Positions 1 to 10,120 of a stretch of DNA of 64,000 bases are shown piece by piece. Positions within the stretch are counted from its first letter, which is position 1. Each line of letters opens with the position of its first letter. The notes beneath the pieces were generated by a model. That model did no database searches and was not told the DNA's origin. It saw nothing but the letters and a program-made list of their open reading frames with translations. This stretch comes from an uncultured Synechococcaceae cyanobacterium. Lineage in GTDB: Bacteria > Cyanobacteriota > Cyanobacteriia > PCC-6307 > Cyanobiaceae. The position numbers were made by a program, and so were the translations under genes. Location of the stretch: NCBI GenBank assembly GCA_902574955.1, contig CACGPQ010000001.1, positions 3,706-67,705 of the forward strand, read 5' to 3'.

Positions 1-1655
1 CTGGTGATTGGTTAACTCCAAAAGTCAATGGAATATTCCGTTTTGATAAGCCTCCACTGATATATTGGCTAATGGGTTTTTTTTATTCATTACCGAAAAA
101 CGAGATTTGGGATAGTTTAGGGACACTTTCAGCAAGACTTCCTTCAGCTTTGGCATCATTATTTTTAATGTTGATGATTGGAGATACGTTGTTTTGTTGG
201 CCACAAAAGGGAGATAAGCTATTCCTCACTCCAATAGTTGCATCTTTAGGCTTTGCTCTTTCCCCATTAATAATTATCTGGAGTAGAACTGCAGTAAGTG
301 ATTCTCTTTTAACAGGAACATTGGGAATTAGCTTGCTTTTGTTTTGGAGAAGAATGGCAAGTGAAAATAATGACCAATGTATTTCAGCGTGGGTATTTTT
401 AGGTTTTGCAATTTTAACTAAAGGACCTGTGGCATTTGTTCTGGCATTATTGACTATTACATTTTTCTTGTTTAGTCAGAAGAATTGGAAAACATTGCTC
501 TTTAAGATAAACCCTAAGAAAGGTTTCTTAATAACAATACTCATAAGTGTTCCTTGGTACATATTGGAACTGATTAAAGAGGGAAAACCTTTTTGGGACA
601 ATTTTTTTGGCTACCATAATTTTCAAAGATATACCTCAGTTGTAAATAATCACGCTGAACCATTTTGGTTTTTTCTTTACATAATGGTATTGGCTTCATT
701 ACCATTTACTCCTTTTTTGTATCACGGGATATTCAAAGCCTTTAAGGATTTCTTGAAAAGTTCAAAAGAGAGTTGCTATGTTCCTGAAACCCTTTATACC
801 TATTCTCTATGTTGGTTAACATCAGTTTTAATTTTCTTTAGCTTTTCTGCTACGAAACTACCAAGCTATTGGTTGCCAGCAATTCCAGCATCGGCAATCT
901 TAATTAGTAATAGCTTTATAAACTTAAAAAATTCAACTAAAAGTTATCTTTATTTTTGGATTTTTAATATTTTAATTTTGTTTGGTGTGTCAATGGCATT
1001 CTTTTTCTCAAATAATTGGTTAAGTTCAATAAATGATCCAGAAATGCCTAATCTTGCATCTGAACTAATAAGCTCTGGGATAATTTTTAAAGCCAAATTA
1101 TTTTTCTCTTTATTTACACTTTTTACGATAATTTTATTTTCTTTAAAATCCCGCAATATCCTTCTTTATCTTCAAATATTACTTTTAATTGGACAATCTT
1201 TTTTGATGCCACCAATAAGAAAATTAGCAGATACTTCTAGACAATTACCTTTAAGGAATATCTCAAAATTAATTTTAGATATTCGCGAGGGGAGGGAAGC
1301 TTTAGCAATGATTGGGATAAGGAAGCCGTCATTACATTATTATTCGAGGCAAATAGTTTTTTATGAACCAAACACTGAAGAGGGATTAATTAATCTTTCA
1401 GACAGGCTAAATAATGATAAGAGAGCAAATTATGAGGATCAACCCGATTATGAATACAAATCTCTATTGGTCGTGATAGATGAATTTTCTTCCGGTCAAC
1501 AGCAATGGTTAAAAATTAATCATCAAAAATTGGGCAAATTTGGGATTTATAATTTATGGCGAATTCAAAAAAGTGATTTAAATAAGTATTCAAAATTTCT
1601 AGTGAATAGTGGTTATAAATCTGACTGGAAAAATAGAAAAGTTGAAAAATTTTAA
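1..1655 (+). CDS. ArnT/PMT-like glycosyltransferase family 39, 5'-truncated by the window edge
   Basis: The frame is open upstream of the ATG at 72 and reads GDWLTPKVNGIFRFDKPPL. Motifs SARLPSA and LTKGP, multi-TM profile. Confidence 0.85.
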   Translation, partial: GDWLTPKVNGIFRFDKPPLIYWLMGFFYSLPKNEIWDSLGTLSARLPSALASLFLMLMIGDTLFCWPQKGDKLFLTPIVASLGFALSPLIIIWSRTAVSDSLLTGTLGISLLLFWRRMASENNDQCISAWVFLGFAILTKGPVAFVLALLTITFFLFSQKNWKTLLFKINPKKGFLITILISVPWYILELIKEGKPFWDNFFGYHNFQRYTSVVNNHAEPFWFFLYIMVLASLPFTPFLYHGIFKAFKDFLKSSKESCYVPETLYTYSLCWLTSVLIFFSFSATKLPSYWLPAIPASAILISNSFINLKNSTKSYLYFWIFNILILFGVSMAFFFSNNWLSSINDPEMPNLASELISSGIIFKAKLFFSLFTLFTIILFSLKSRNILLYLQILLLIGQSFLMPPIRKLADTSRQLPLRNISKLILDIREGREALAMIGIRKPSLHYYSRQIVFYEPNTEEGLINLSDRLNNDKRANYEDQPDYEYKSLLVVIDEFSSGQQQWLKINHQKLGKFGIYNLWRIQKSDLNKYSKFLVNSGYKSDWKNRKVEKF

Positions 1656-1903
1656 CAAAGTCTTTTTTTAAGAAGAGCATTTTTAAGATCATCAAGGCTG
1701 CACTTGCTGGGGATATCGATATTATTCAAATCTTCCATTAATTCGAGATCGATGACAGAATCTTCGGCTAAAAAACTAAAAACTTCATTAATACTTATTC
1801 CCATATCTTGAGCCATCACTGAGATAAGCCTGAGAGTATCCCTCCTTACAGAAATCCTAAGGTCTAAAGGGATATATTCATTTTCAGGGTTTGCTGACTT
1901 CAT
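1652..1903 (-). CDS. Hypothetical protein
   Basis: 83-aa ORF with plausible composition, convergent with the upstream gene. Confidence 0.65.
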   Translation of the reverse strand: MKSANPENEYIPLDLRISVRRDTLRLISVMAQDMGISINEVFSFLAEDSVIDLELMEDLNNIDIPSKCSLDDLKNALLKKRLC

Positions 1904-1995
1904 AACTTAAATCTTAAGACATTATTTAGTTATCAGGATATAATCTTTACAATATTCTTTAATTATGCCTTAAACTTTACCTCTTCCGAAGTTGC

Positions 1996-2907
1996 TTAAT
2001 TAAATAAATTCATGAACATTTTGTATAGAGGAATTGTAATTATTGAAATTAAAGTTGTAGTAAAAAGAATTTTTGAAGCGATTTTTTGTTTTATACCATA
2101 AGCCTCTGCCATTAATATTGTGGATATTGCTGTTGGGGCTCCTGCCTGAAGAATTAATGCTGATGATTGATAAAAATCAAAATTTAAAGATTTGCATGCT
2201 AAAAAAATAATAAAAGGAAGAATAAATAATTTTAGTAAAATTGAAAATTTAATTTCTTCATTTAGATCCAAAATCCTCCCCTTTTGATTTGTGATTATTC
2301 CAAGTCTTGTTCCCACAATTATTATTGCTAAAGCAATAACTATTCTTGCAGGAATCCAAAGATAATTGCCTAAAAATTCATCTATTTGGAAAAGATATGC
2401 AAGAAGTACACCAATAATTCCTTTCGATGCGGGACTATTTATCAATGCATTTAATAGCCCTTTGATGTTTGGGATGTCATTACGGTTGATTTTTTCCTGA
2501 AGAAAAAATGGTCCAAATATCCAAGCGAAAAGTGTTGTTCCTAAATCAAATCCAATAGTAAAATTTATAGTTTTTAAGGGTAAAATGGCTAGCGCAATTG
2601 GTATTCCAAGAAATGATGTATTACCTATTAGGCCTGCCAGCTGTAATGTGTAATTTGGAAGCCTCTTTTTAAATATTGGAATTATATTTATTAAAGTTAT
2701 TAAAAATCCAATTACAGAGAATGCTAAAAAAGCGCTTTTAATTAGGTTTATATCTATACCTTCTTTTAATAAGAGACCCATTACACTTAATGGAATGCCA
2801 AATCTAATTAGAGGTCTTGCAATATGTTTTGAAATCTTTGGATTCTTTTCCCCGAGAAGAAAACCAAAAATTAAGAAAGGGATGATGTTTATGAAAAGAG
2901 AGTAGAT
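1996..2907 (-). CDS. AEC (auxin efflux carrier) family transporter; true start probably upstream of the ATG at 2781
   Basis: Motifs GNTSFLGIP, KLFILP and APTA. The frame stays open to 2937 and encodes an extra TM segment. Confidence 0.8.
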   Translation of the reverse strand: MYSLFINIIPFLIFGFLLGEKNPKISKHIARPLIRFGIPLSVMGLLLKEGIDINLIKSAFLAFSVIGFLITLINIIPIFKKRLPNYTLQLAGLIGNTSFLGIPIALAILPLKTINFTIGFDLGTTLFAWIFGPFFLQEKINRNDIPNIKGLLNALINSPASKGIIGVLLAYLFQIDEFLGNYLWIPARIVIALAIIIVGTRLGIITNQKGRILDLNEEIKFSILLKLFILPFIIFLACKSLNFDFYQSSALILQAGAPTAISTILMAEAYGIKQKIASKILFTTTLISIITIPLYKMFMNLFN

Positions 2908-2984
2908 GGTATTAATTAAATATTTCTTAAGGCAATCTTAACTTGCCGTAGTGCAGTCAAAAAGTTTTTTTATTCTTTTAGGGT

Positions 2985-3239
2985 TTAAATTATTTTCCAG
3001 ATTGCTTTGTCAGGAATTAGAGGAGATTTGTATAAATTTTCTGGTTCTTTAGTCAAAACTCTCCATGTAGGAACCCGACAAGTTACGTAAGCAGGACTTT
3101 CTATTAAAACTCCTGGTTTCTCATCAAAAGTGCAAACAAAACCTTCTTTCCAATATCCAGAATTATTTAGGCTACCTTTAAACCAAACCCAGCATTTTGA
3201 AGTTTTCAAGATCAACAAATTTTTTTTTATCTTAATCAA
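2985..3239 (-). CDS. Conserved hypothetical protein
   Basis: 84-aa ORF with Trp/Cys motifs (CWVWF, CRVPTWRV). Confidence 0.65.
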   Translation of the reverse strand: MIKIKKNLLILKTSKCWVWFKGSLNNSGYWKEGFVCTFDEKPGVLIESPAYVTCRVPTWRVLTKEPENLYKSPLIPDKAIWKII

Positions 3240-3294
3240 TATTTAAGTAATAAATCTAATATTTATTACTTTGTAGAATAAGTTTTTGTTAATT

Positions 3295-3552
3295 TTAGTT
3301 TTTTGAAAAATATACTTTAGAGATTAATATCAATAGATTTAAGATCAGGGTAATTAAATTTGCTATCAATATTGGTCTAGACGAAATTTTATAACCGTAA
3401 ATAATCCAAGACAAAACACCGATAATAAACATTATTAATGTTGTCAAAGATACATCATCTGCCTTTTTTGTTTTTAAAGTTTTTATCAATTGAGGAAGAA
3501 ATGCCGCTGTTGTTAAAACCGCTGCAAAATATCCGAATATATCTACATTCAT
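3295..3552 (-). CDS. SemiSWEET/PQ-loop family transporter
   Basis: FLPQLIKT PQ motif, three TM helices, 85 aa. Confidence 0.85.
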   Translation of the reverse strand: MNVDIFGYFAAVLTTAAFLPQLIKTLKTKKADDVSLTTLIMFIIGVLSWIIYGYKISSRPILIANLITLILNLLILISKVYFSKN

Positions 3553-3561
3553 AAAATTACT

Positions 3562-4302
3562 TTAAAATTTTTCTTTAATTAACTCAGTCAAAAATCCTAA
3601 GGGATCCCTCATATTTGATGAATATCCAAGCACATCATTTGAAAAAAATTTATAAACAATTTGATTTTGATCATTTAATAAGAATGAAGCTCCTCTTTGA
3701 GGAAGGTATTCTTCATTAAGAATATAATCACTCCAATTTTGTATTATTTCATTCATATTGTTTAATCTAAATGTTGCTAATTCGAATGGTCTCAAATAAC
3801 CTTCTCCAAAAACCTTTTTAAAAGAATTTCCTGAAAATTTTAGAAATTTTAAAACATCAATTTTGTCAAATTCTGAATAGATTTGCTTTGCTTTTTGGTC
3901 GCCTGTATAACCTCTAATAACTTCTTTAATTGTTTTAAAAGAATTTATCCCTGATAGCATCAAAAGCATATTGATCCAACCTCCTAAACCAATATCTAAA
4001 CCCCTTGAAAGTTTAAGATTATTATGGATTTGGTTATCAGAAACAACTTTTAAATTTTCTTCACGGAAGCCAGTAAATTTACAGAATTTTTGTTTCCCTT
4101 TTTGGTTACCAATGGCAATGGCAAAAATATCTAAATTTTTATCTTTATGATTATCGATAAAATTTTTTAAATTAATTGCATATTCGAAGCTATCAAAATC
4201 TCCCAATAAACCAAATAAAACAATTAATTTGAATTTTTTCTGCCCATAAAAGTTGAATTCTTGAACAAGATTTTTAATATCATTTAGAAATTTGTCAGTC
4301 AC
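3562..4302 (-). CDS. AhpC/TSA-like (peroxiredoxin-like fold) protein
   Basis: LGDFDSFEYA, RPFELAT and QRGASF motifs typical of this cyanobacterial family. Confidence 0.7.
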   Translation of the reverse strand: MTDKFLNDIKNLVQEFNFYGQKKFKLIVLFGLLGDFDSFEYAINLKNFIDNHKDKNLDIFAIAIGNQKGKQKFCKFTGFREENLKVVSDNQIHNNLKLSRGLDIGLGGWINMLLMLSGINSFKTIKEVIRGYTGDQKAKQIYSEFDKIDVLKFLKFSGNSFKKVFGEGYLRPFELATFRLNNMNEIIQNWSDYILNEEYLPQRGASFLLNDQNQIVYKFFSNDVLGYSSNMRDPLGFLTELIKEKF

Positions 4303-4442
4303 GATGTTTTAAATGTTTTATAAATAGTTCTCAAAAAATTTTTCTTACTTTGAAAAGTATAAAATTTTACATGAAAAAGTTTTTAAAGAAATTAATTTAA
4401 CGTTTTTAGATTTTATTATTTTAATGTAAACATTTTGAAGTT

Positions 4443-4967
4443 ATGACTGTAGGAATTTATTACGCAACTACAACTGGAAAAACTGAAGACGTAGCTGATC
4501 GTCTTCACAACTTTATCTCTTCAGCAGAAGCACCTAAAGATGTATCTGATGTGGATGATCTATCAGAATTTGAAGGTCTTGATGGAATTATCTGCGGGAT
4601 ACCTACTTGGAATACTGGTGCCGATGAAGAAAGATCGGGAACTGCCTGGGATTCAATCTTAGAGGATATTGGTGAACTAAGTTTATCAGGAAAAAAAGTT
4701 GCAATTTTTGGTTTAGGAGATTCTTCTACATATACGGAAAACTACTGTGATGCAATGGAAGAACTTCATAGCTACTTCAAAAAAGCAGGTGCCGAAATGG
4801 TCGGTTACGTTGATAAATCTTCTTATACATTTGATGAGTCTAAAAGTATTATAGGAGAAAGCTTTTGTGGATTACCTCTTGATGAGGATAGTGAATCTGA
4901 TTTAACCGATGCGCGTCTTGAAACATGGGCTTCTCAGCTTAAGGGTGAAATCCCTTCATTGGCGTAA
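4443..4967 (+). CDS. isiB: Flavodoxin
   Basis: FMN loop TTTGKTE, PTWNTG and FGLGD motifs. Confidence 0.95.
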   Translation: MTVGIYYATTTGKTEDVADRLHNFISSAEAPKDVSDVDDLSEFEGLDGIICGIPTWNTGADEERSGTAWDSILEDIGELSLSGKKVAIFGLGDSSTYTENYCDAMEELHSYFKKAGAEMVGYVDKSSYTFDESKSIIGESFCGLPLDEDSESDLTDARLETWASQLKGEIPSLA

Positions 4968-5110
4968 GCTTTTTCAGATATTACTTCCCTAATTTGTAAC
5001 ATTTGTTCTTTCACAATATGTTTTTTTTACATAAGTAATTAAATCTGTAAAGAACATGTAAAAACAATACTGATAAGCAATATGCTCAATTTGCTGTTTA
5101 CTTAAATCAA

Positions 5111-6169
5111 GTGTTACAAACTTACGGAAAATCTGATGTCACCTATGACTGGTACGCAGGCAATTCTGGTGTTGTTGGTCGTTCAGGTAAATTCATAGCT
5201 GCTCACGCTGCCCATGCAGGTCTAATGATGTTCTGGGCAGGAGCTTTTGGATTATTTGAATTAGCTCGTTACGACGCCAGTATTCCAATGGGCGCACAGA
5301 AAGCAATTGTTTTGCCTCACCTAGCAGGTATTGGAATTGGTGGCGTTGAAAATGGTGTGATTACAGAACCATATGGAATTGTTGTAATTTGCACATTACA
5401 TCTAATTTTCTCAGCAGTATTGGGTGCTGGGGGATTATTACATTCCAACAAATTTGCAGGTGATCTTGGAGACTACCCAGAAAATAGTAAGCCACAAAAA
5501 TTTGATTTCGAATGGGATGACCCAGATAAATTAACTTTTATTCTTGGTCATCATTTAATCTTTCTTGGGCTTGGAGCAATTATGTTCGTTGAATGGGCTC
5601 GTATTCATGGAATTTACGACCCAGCAATAGGATCTACAAGACAAGTTGTTTACAATTTAGATATTGCTGCTATCTGGAATCATCAATTTGATTTTTTAAA
5701 AATAGATAGCCTGGAAGACGTTATGGGAGGACATGCTTTTCTAGCTTTCCTAGAAATAATTGGAGGTGTTTTCCATATTTGTACTAAACAATTTGGAGAA
5801 TATACTGAATTTAAAGGAAAAGGATTACTTGGAGCTGAGGCAATTTTGTCATACTCAGTTGTTGGTGTTTCTTACATGGCTTTTGTTGCTGCTTTTTGGT
5901 GTGCTTCAAATACAACCATATATCCGGTTGATTTATATGGAGAACCCTTAAAGCTTCAATTTGAATTCGCCCCTTATTTTACTGACACAGTAGATTTGGG
6001 TTCAGGATCCTATAGCTCAAGAGCTTGGCTTGCTAACACTCATTTTTATTTGGGTTTCTTTTTCTTACAAGGTCATCTTTGGCACGCATTAAGAGCAATG
6101 GGATTTGACTTTAAGAAAATTGGTCAAGCTTTTGACAATATTGAAAATACAAAAATTACTCAAAACTAG
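5111..6169 (+). CDS. pcb: Chlorophyll a/b-binding light-harvesting protein (Pcb/IsiA family), probably the iron-stress type
   Basis: MLQTYG start, WYAGN, AHAGL and GHLWHALRA motifs; lies downstream of isiB. Confidence 0.92.
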   Translation: MLQTYGKSDVTYDWYAGNSGVVGRSGKFIAAHAAHAGLMMFWAGAFGLFELARYDASIPMGAQKAIVLPHLAGIGIGGVENGVITEPYGIVVICTLHLIFSAVLGAGGLLHSNKFAGDLGDYPENSKPQKFDFEWDDPDKLTFILGHHLIFLGLGAIMFVEWARIHGIYDPAIGSTRQVVYNLDIAAIWNHQFDFLKIDSLEDVMGGHAFLAFLEIIGGVFHICTKQFGEYTEFKGKGLLGAEAILSYSVVGVSYMAFVAAFWCASNTTIYPVDLYGEPLKLQFEFAPYFTDTVDLGSGSYSSRAWLANTHFYLGFFFLQGHLWHALRAMGFDFKKIGQAFDNIENTKITQN

Positions 6170-6180
6170 TTTAATCTAAT

Positions 6181-6215
6181 AAAAAACCTCTCCTCTAACA
6201 GGGAGGTTTTTTTTT
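6181..6215 (+). terminator. Rho-independent terminator after pcb
   Basis: AAAAAACCTCTC-loop-GGGAGG followed by T9. Confidence 0.85.
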
Positions 6216-6244
6216 GTAGAATTACTTCACGTATTAAAAACTTA

Positions 6245-6898
6245 ATGGATAATTTAAAAGAAATTAATTGTAAGGAGATTTTCAAAAAGGCTTATGAAAA
6301 TCGTTACACCTGGAAGAATGATTTTCATGGTTACCAAGGTAAATGTATTTTTTTGACTAATAATAATATTCATAAAGGTGACTTCGTATTAGGTAAAGAC
6401 TTTAAACCAAATATTCAAAATATAGAAGATGAAAAAGTTGTTAAAAGTATTGCCTCCCAGTTATTTGAAGTGTGTATTCATAGGGTAAAGAGAGAATTTG
6501 AAGCAGTGCACTCAGAAAATAATTTTAATTTACTTAAAAATTCTGAAAGTGGGATTGAAATGAGTGTTTCAGGAAAGAATCTAGGTGATAAATATAGAGT
6601 TAAAAATAACTGTATTAATATGGTCTACAGAAAAATTCATGGAACCATAATAGAAATTTTTGTTGAAGAATTTTTAGATACAGGAACAGGTTCCCTTAGT
6701 AAAAAATACAGTAGTCAACAAATTGATCCAGATACACTTGAGGCAAATTCACAAAAATTGGCATACAAGGATGAATTTCTAAATATGGGTAAAGACGATT
6801 ATTGGATATTAAATTCGAGGACAATAAAATTCTTAAACCAAAATCAAGAAGAAGAAACACAAAAGTTTGTTTTTGAGGATCTATGCTTATTAAATTAG
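6245..6898 (+). CDS. DUF3386 family protein
   Basis: FKKAYENRYTW motif and IHRVKREF. Confidence 0.8.
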   Translation: MDNLKEINCKEIFKKAYENRYTWKNDFHGYQGKCIFLTNNNIHKGDFVLGKDFKPNIQNIEDEKVVKSIASQLFEVCIHRVKREFEAVHSENNFNLLKNSESGIEMSVSGKNLGDKYRVKNNCINMVYRKIHGTIIEIFVEEFLDTGTGSLSKKYSSQQIDPDTLEANSQKLAYKDEFLNMGKDDYWILNSRTIKFLNQNQEEETQKFVFEDLCLLN

Positions 6899-6901
6899 GT
6901 T

Positions 6902-7147
6902 TTATTCAACCAATCTAAACCCTTTATCAAGTAGTTTTTGATATAGGAGTCTTGCTCTAAAAGCTAGAATTTGTTCTTCATTTTCATTACTAATTACATG
7001 AAAATAATTATTATCTAATTTATTTTTGCTAAAGCATACATTTGCTTCTCCTAATCTTAAAGTCCAGTTCTCTTCTTTCGCTAGATGTTGATTAGGTCCA
7101 AGATCCCAAGGACATTTTTCAGGATATTTTTCTCTTTTAGAACCCAT
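6902..7147 (-). CDS. Hypothetical protein
   Basis: 81-aa ORF. Confidence 0.6.
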   Translation of the reverse strand: MGSKREKYPEKCPWDLGPNQHLAKEENWTLRLGEANVCFSKNKLDNNYFHVISNENEEQILAFRARLLYQKLLDKGFRLVE

Positions 7148-7255
7148 ATGATTTATTTTAACTATCCAATATTAGTAAAAATTTAAAAGTATGGCTATGA
7201 AAAATAGTTGATAACTTTTCATAGAGTCGTTGTTTAATCCAATGGGATTAAAAAT

Positions 7256-7894
7256 TTACTCTTTGGTCGCAATTAAACAATAAAATGGGTCTTTATTTAA
7301 AAAATTAAAGATATTAAGTGCTGGTTCAGTAAACTTTTTGATGATTTTTGGCTCATTAAATCCGTTTGCAACCAATACTTTTCTCACATATTTGACTCTC
7401 TCTTCTTCAGTAGATGAAGTCCATATGTGGGGAGCTTTATGCCAAAATGCTCTGTTTGAAAAGGCAATAATAATCTTGCCTTGACTACTCAAAATTCTTG
7501 CAACTTCTTTGGTTAAATTCTCTGGATATTGTAAATATTGCCATGCCGCCACCATCAAGCAATAATCAACGCTTTCTTTATCTAGCGGAATTTGTTGACT
7601 TAAATTAAAATTTTGTATCCAATAAGAATCAAAAATTTTGTTTTTTTCAAGTTCTTGTTTGTTTAAACCATGTCCAATAACTTTTTTATATTTTTTCGTC
7701 TTAGGTAAATAACTATCCCAACTCGACATTAAATCAAGGACAGTTGAATAATTTTCAATTTCTCTTTCATATAGATTTGATAGATTTTGCCTGAAGTTTG
7801 CATCTAGATGATAAACAAACTTTGGATCAGAATAAAATTCTTCATCATTACTCTCATCAAGTTTTTTCCTTTGATAATTATTTAAAACTTCCAA
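7256..7894 (-). CDS. Class I SAM-dependent methyltransferase
   Basis: VLDLMSSW and AFSNRAF motifs. Confidence 0.85.
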   Translation of the reverse strand: MEVLNNYQRKKLDESNDEEFYSDPKFVYHLDANFRQNLSNLYEREIENYSTVLDLMSSWDSYLPKTKKYKKVIGHGLNKQELEKNKIFDSYWIQNFNLSQQIPLDKESVDYCLMVAAWQYLQYPENLTKEVARILSSQGKIIIAFSNRAFWHKAPHIWTSSTEEERVKYVRKVLVANGFNEPKIIKKFTEPALNIFNFLNKDPFYCLIATKE

Positions 7895-8044
7895 AACAAC
7901 TAATTTAAAATCTTGATAACAAATCTAGTAAATAGAAATTCTAATTGTGTATAAGAAATTTATTTTCATTTTATAAATTAAAAATTCTCAAAAAAACTAG
8001 ACATCTTTTCAAAAAAAGTTAAATTATTAATTAATGATTTAATA

Positions 8045-8218
8045 ATGATGATTGAGTTCAAAAGGAGCAAAAAAAATAGGTCTAAAAATGCTCTTTTCAA
8101 TCCCTATAAAAACGGAATAAGTTCATACGATATGGCATATCTTTCATCAAAAAGAAATTTAAAAAATAAAACTGTTTATCTAAAAATTGATTCTAAAAAA
8201 GATTATTTTGCTGCATAG
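8045..8218 (+). CDS. Small basic protein (57 aa), not in the ORF track
   Basis: Translated by hand as MMIEFKRSKK...KKDYFAA; ends 2 nt before the MIF gene start. Confidence 0.5.
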   Translation: MMIEFKRSKKNRSKNALFNPYKNGISSYDMAYLSSKRNLKNKTVYLKIDSKKDYFAA

Positions 8219-8220
8219 CG

Positions 8221-8553
8221 ATGCCTTATATTAACGTTTCGACTTCAGCAAAAGTAAAAGATAAAGGTAAATTACTCGAAGAAATTTCTATTTTAATTTC
8301 ATCTTTAACTAATAAATCTAGAAGATTTGTTATGACGAAAATAGATGATAATTGCCAAATGTATTTTGATGATGAGAAACCTTCTTGCTTTTTAGAGATC
8401 AAATCCATAGGTTCTCTAAATCCTTCAGAAATGGTAAAGCCAATATCTGATTTTGTATATGAGAAAATGGGGATCCCTATAGATAGGATTTATATTTCAT
8501 TTGAGGATGTTCCAGCTTCATTGTGGGCTTGGAATGGAAGAACATTCGGTTAA
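8221..8553 (+). CDS. MIF/phenylpyruvate tautomerase family protein
   Basis: N-terminal Pro (MP), KSIG and C-terminal WNGRTF. Confidence 0.9.
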   Translation: MPYINVSTSAKVKDKGKLLEEISILISSLTNKSRRFVMTKIDDNCQMYFDDEKPSCFLEIKSIGSLNPSEMVKPISDFVYEKMGIPIDRIYISFEDVPASLWAWNGRTFG

Positions 8554-8575
8554 GAATTTTTTAGATATAAAGCTA

Positions 8576-8962
8576 ATGGAAATAAATAAATTAGAGGATT
8601 TAAATAATCTTAGAACTGCACCTCAATTAAGTGATAGCCAAGCAAAAAAACTTTTAGCAGAATTAGAAGCAAATTTTTTTAATGCCGATTGGATAACGAT
8701 AGGAATAATGGCACCTAGTGATAATAAAGCTATTGAGGCCTTACAATCAATTTCTAAGGGATATTCCACAATTAAATTTAGGAATCTAGATTCCCTTCAT
8801 TCAGATGGAGGTGTTTTTTTAAAAGCTAATCAAAAAACTGGTAATGTTTTTGTGAGATCTGAAAATGGTCTTGGAGAAGGTATTTTGATAACATGTCAAT
8901 ATGATGAAGATGCTCAAAAATCTAATACTTTTGGACCATTACCATTAGATTTTTTTACATAA
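8576..8962 (+). CDS. DUF1824 family protein
   Basis: WITIGIMA and FGPLPLDFF motifs; start moved to the ATG at 8576. Confidence 0.8.
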   Translation: MEINKLEDLNNLRTAPQLSDSQAKKLLAELEANFFNADWITIGIMAPSDNKAIEALQSISKGYSTIKFRNLDSLHSDGGVFLKANQKTGNVFVRSENGLGEGILITCQYDEDAQKSNTFGPLPLDFFT

Positions 8963-9114
8963 GTAATTTCTCATTTTTTATTAAGGTTTTAAATAGAATG
9001 ACAGTTTTTGATCTGATGATATTTTAGGGAACTTGGATTTTAAAATATTTTTTACTTTAAAGCTTTGTTATTATATCTACTGGCATTGATCTAAATTCAA
9101 ACTATTTTAATTTA

Positions 9115-9984
9115 ATGTTTTTTCAGGATATAATTCAAAATTTAAATAATTTTTGGTCAGAAGAGGGTTGTTTGATTATGCAGCCATACGATACCGAAAA
9201 GGGTGCTGGAACAATGAATCCGCATACTTTTTTAAGGGCTATCGGACCAGAGCCTTGGAGTGTAGCATATGCAGAGCCATGTAGAAGACCTACTGATGGC
9301 CGTTTTGGCGATAATCCAAATAGGGCCCAACATTACTTTCAATATCAAGTAATAATTAAACCTTCACCGGAAGGAATACAAGAAAAATATTTGACATCTT
9401 TAGAATCGCTTGGAATAAATCCTAGAAATCATGACATAAGATTTGTGGAAGATAATTGGGAGTCTCCAACACTTGGAGCTTGGGGTGTAGGTTGGGAAGT
9501 TTGGTTGGACGGAATGGAAGTTACTCAATTTACTTATTTCCAACAATGTGGAGGTATAGATTGTAATCCAATTCCAATTGAAATCACTTATGGATTAGAG
9601 AGGATTGCAATGTTTTTGCAGGATAAGGAAAGCATCTGGGATTTAAATTGGAATAAAGATTTAAAATATAGCGATATTTGGCTACAATTTGAAAAAAGTC
9701 AATGCTCTTACAATTTTTCCGAATCTAGTCCTGATAATCTCAGAAAATTATTTGAAATTTATCAAGCAGAGGCAATTTCTTTAATAGAAAAGAAATTAAC
9801 TTACCCTGCGCTTGATTTTGTTCTGAAATGTAGTCATGCATTCAATCTCCTTGATGCTAGAGGAGTAATTTCAGTTACAGATCGTGCACAATATATTGGA
9901 AAGATTCGAAAATTAGCAAGAGAAGTCGCATCATCATGGGTAGAAGAAAGAGAATCCCTTAACTTTCCATTAATAAAAAAATAA
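9115..9984 (+). CDS. glyQ: Glycine--tRNA ligase alpha subunit
   Basis: [15 protein letters not shown] and LDARG motifs. Confidence 0.97.
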   Translation: MFFQDIIQNLNNFWSEEGCLIMQPYDTEKGAGTMNPHTFLRAIGPEPWSVAYAEPCRRPTDGRFGDNPNRAQHYFQYQVIIKPSPEGIQEKYLTSLESLGINPRNHDIRFVEDNWESPTLGAWGVGWEVWLDGMEVTQFTYFQQCGGIDCNPIPIEITYGLERIAMFLQDKESIWDLNWNKDLKYSDIWLQFEKSQCSYNFSESSPDNLRKLFEIYQAEAISLIEKKLTYPALDFVLKCSHAFNLLDARGVISVTDRAQYIGKIRKLAREVASSWVEERESLNFPLIKK

Positions 9985-10108
9985 TCCAGTTAATATTTGC
10001 TTTTATGATTTAATAGTATAAAAAGTTACATCTTGTTGAAACTTATATTTCTTCCATTTTTTGTTACCTTCGATACAGTATAGATACCCATTTCATTGGG
10101 TTACTTTA

Positions 10109-10116
10109 GTGTGAGG
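10109..10116 (+). promoter_or_regulatory. Yfr1 sRNA seed-match over the porin ribosome-binding site
   Basis: GTGTGAGG lies 4 nt before the ATG and is complementary to the Yfr1 motif ACUCCUCACAC. Confidence 0.65.
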
Positions 10117-10120
10117 TAAA

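Noticed and set aside
4320-4340. Fur boxes upstream of isiB, pcb, piuC and futA
   Set aside because: Only partial TGAGAA or TGATAA half-sites in very AT-rich DNA; a PWM scan is needed.
10062-10077. NtcA-like site TGT-N10-ACA upstream of the porin
   Set aside because: Imperfect (GTT rather than GTA) and also readable as degenerate HLR1 half-sites, so it cannot be assigned.
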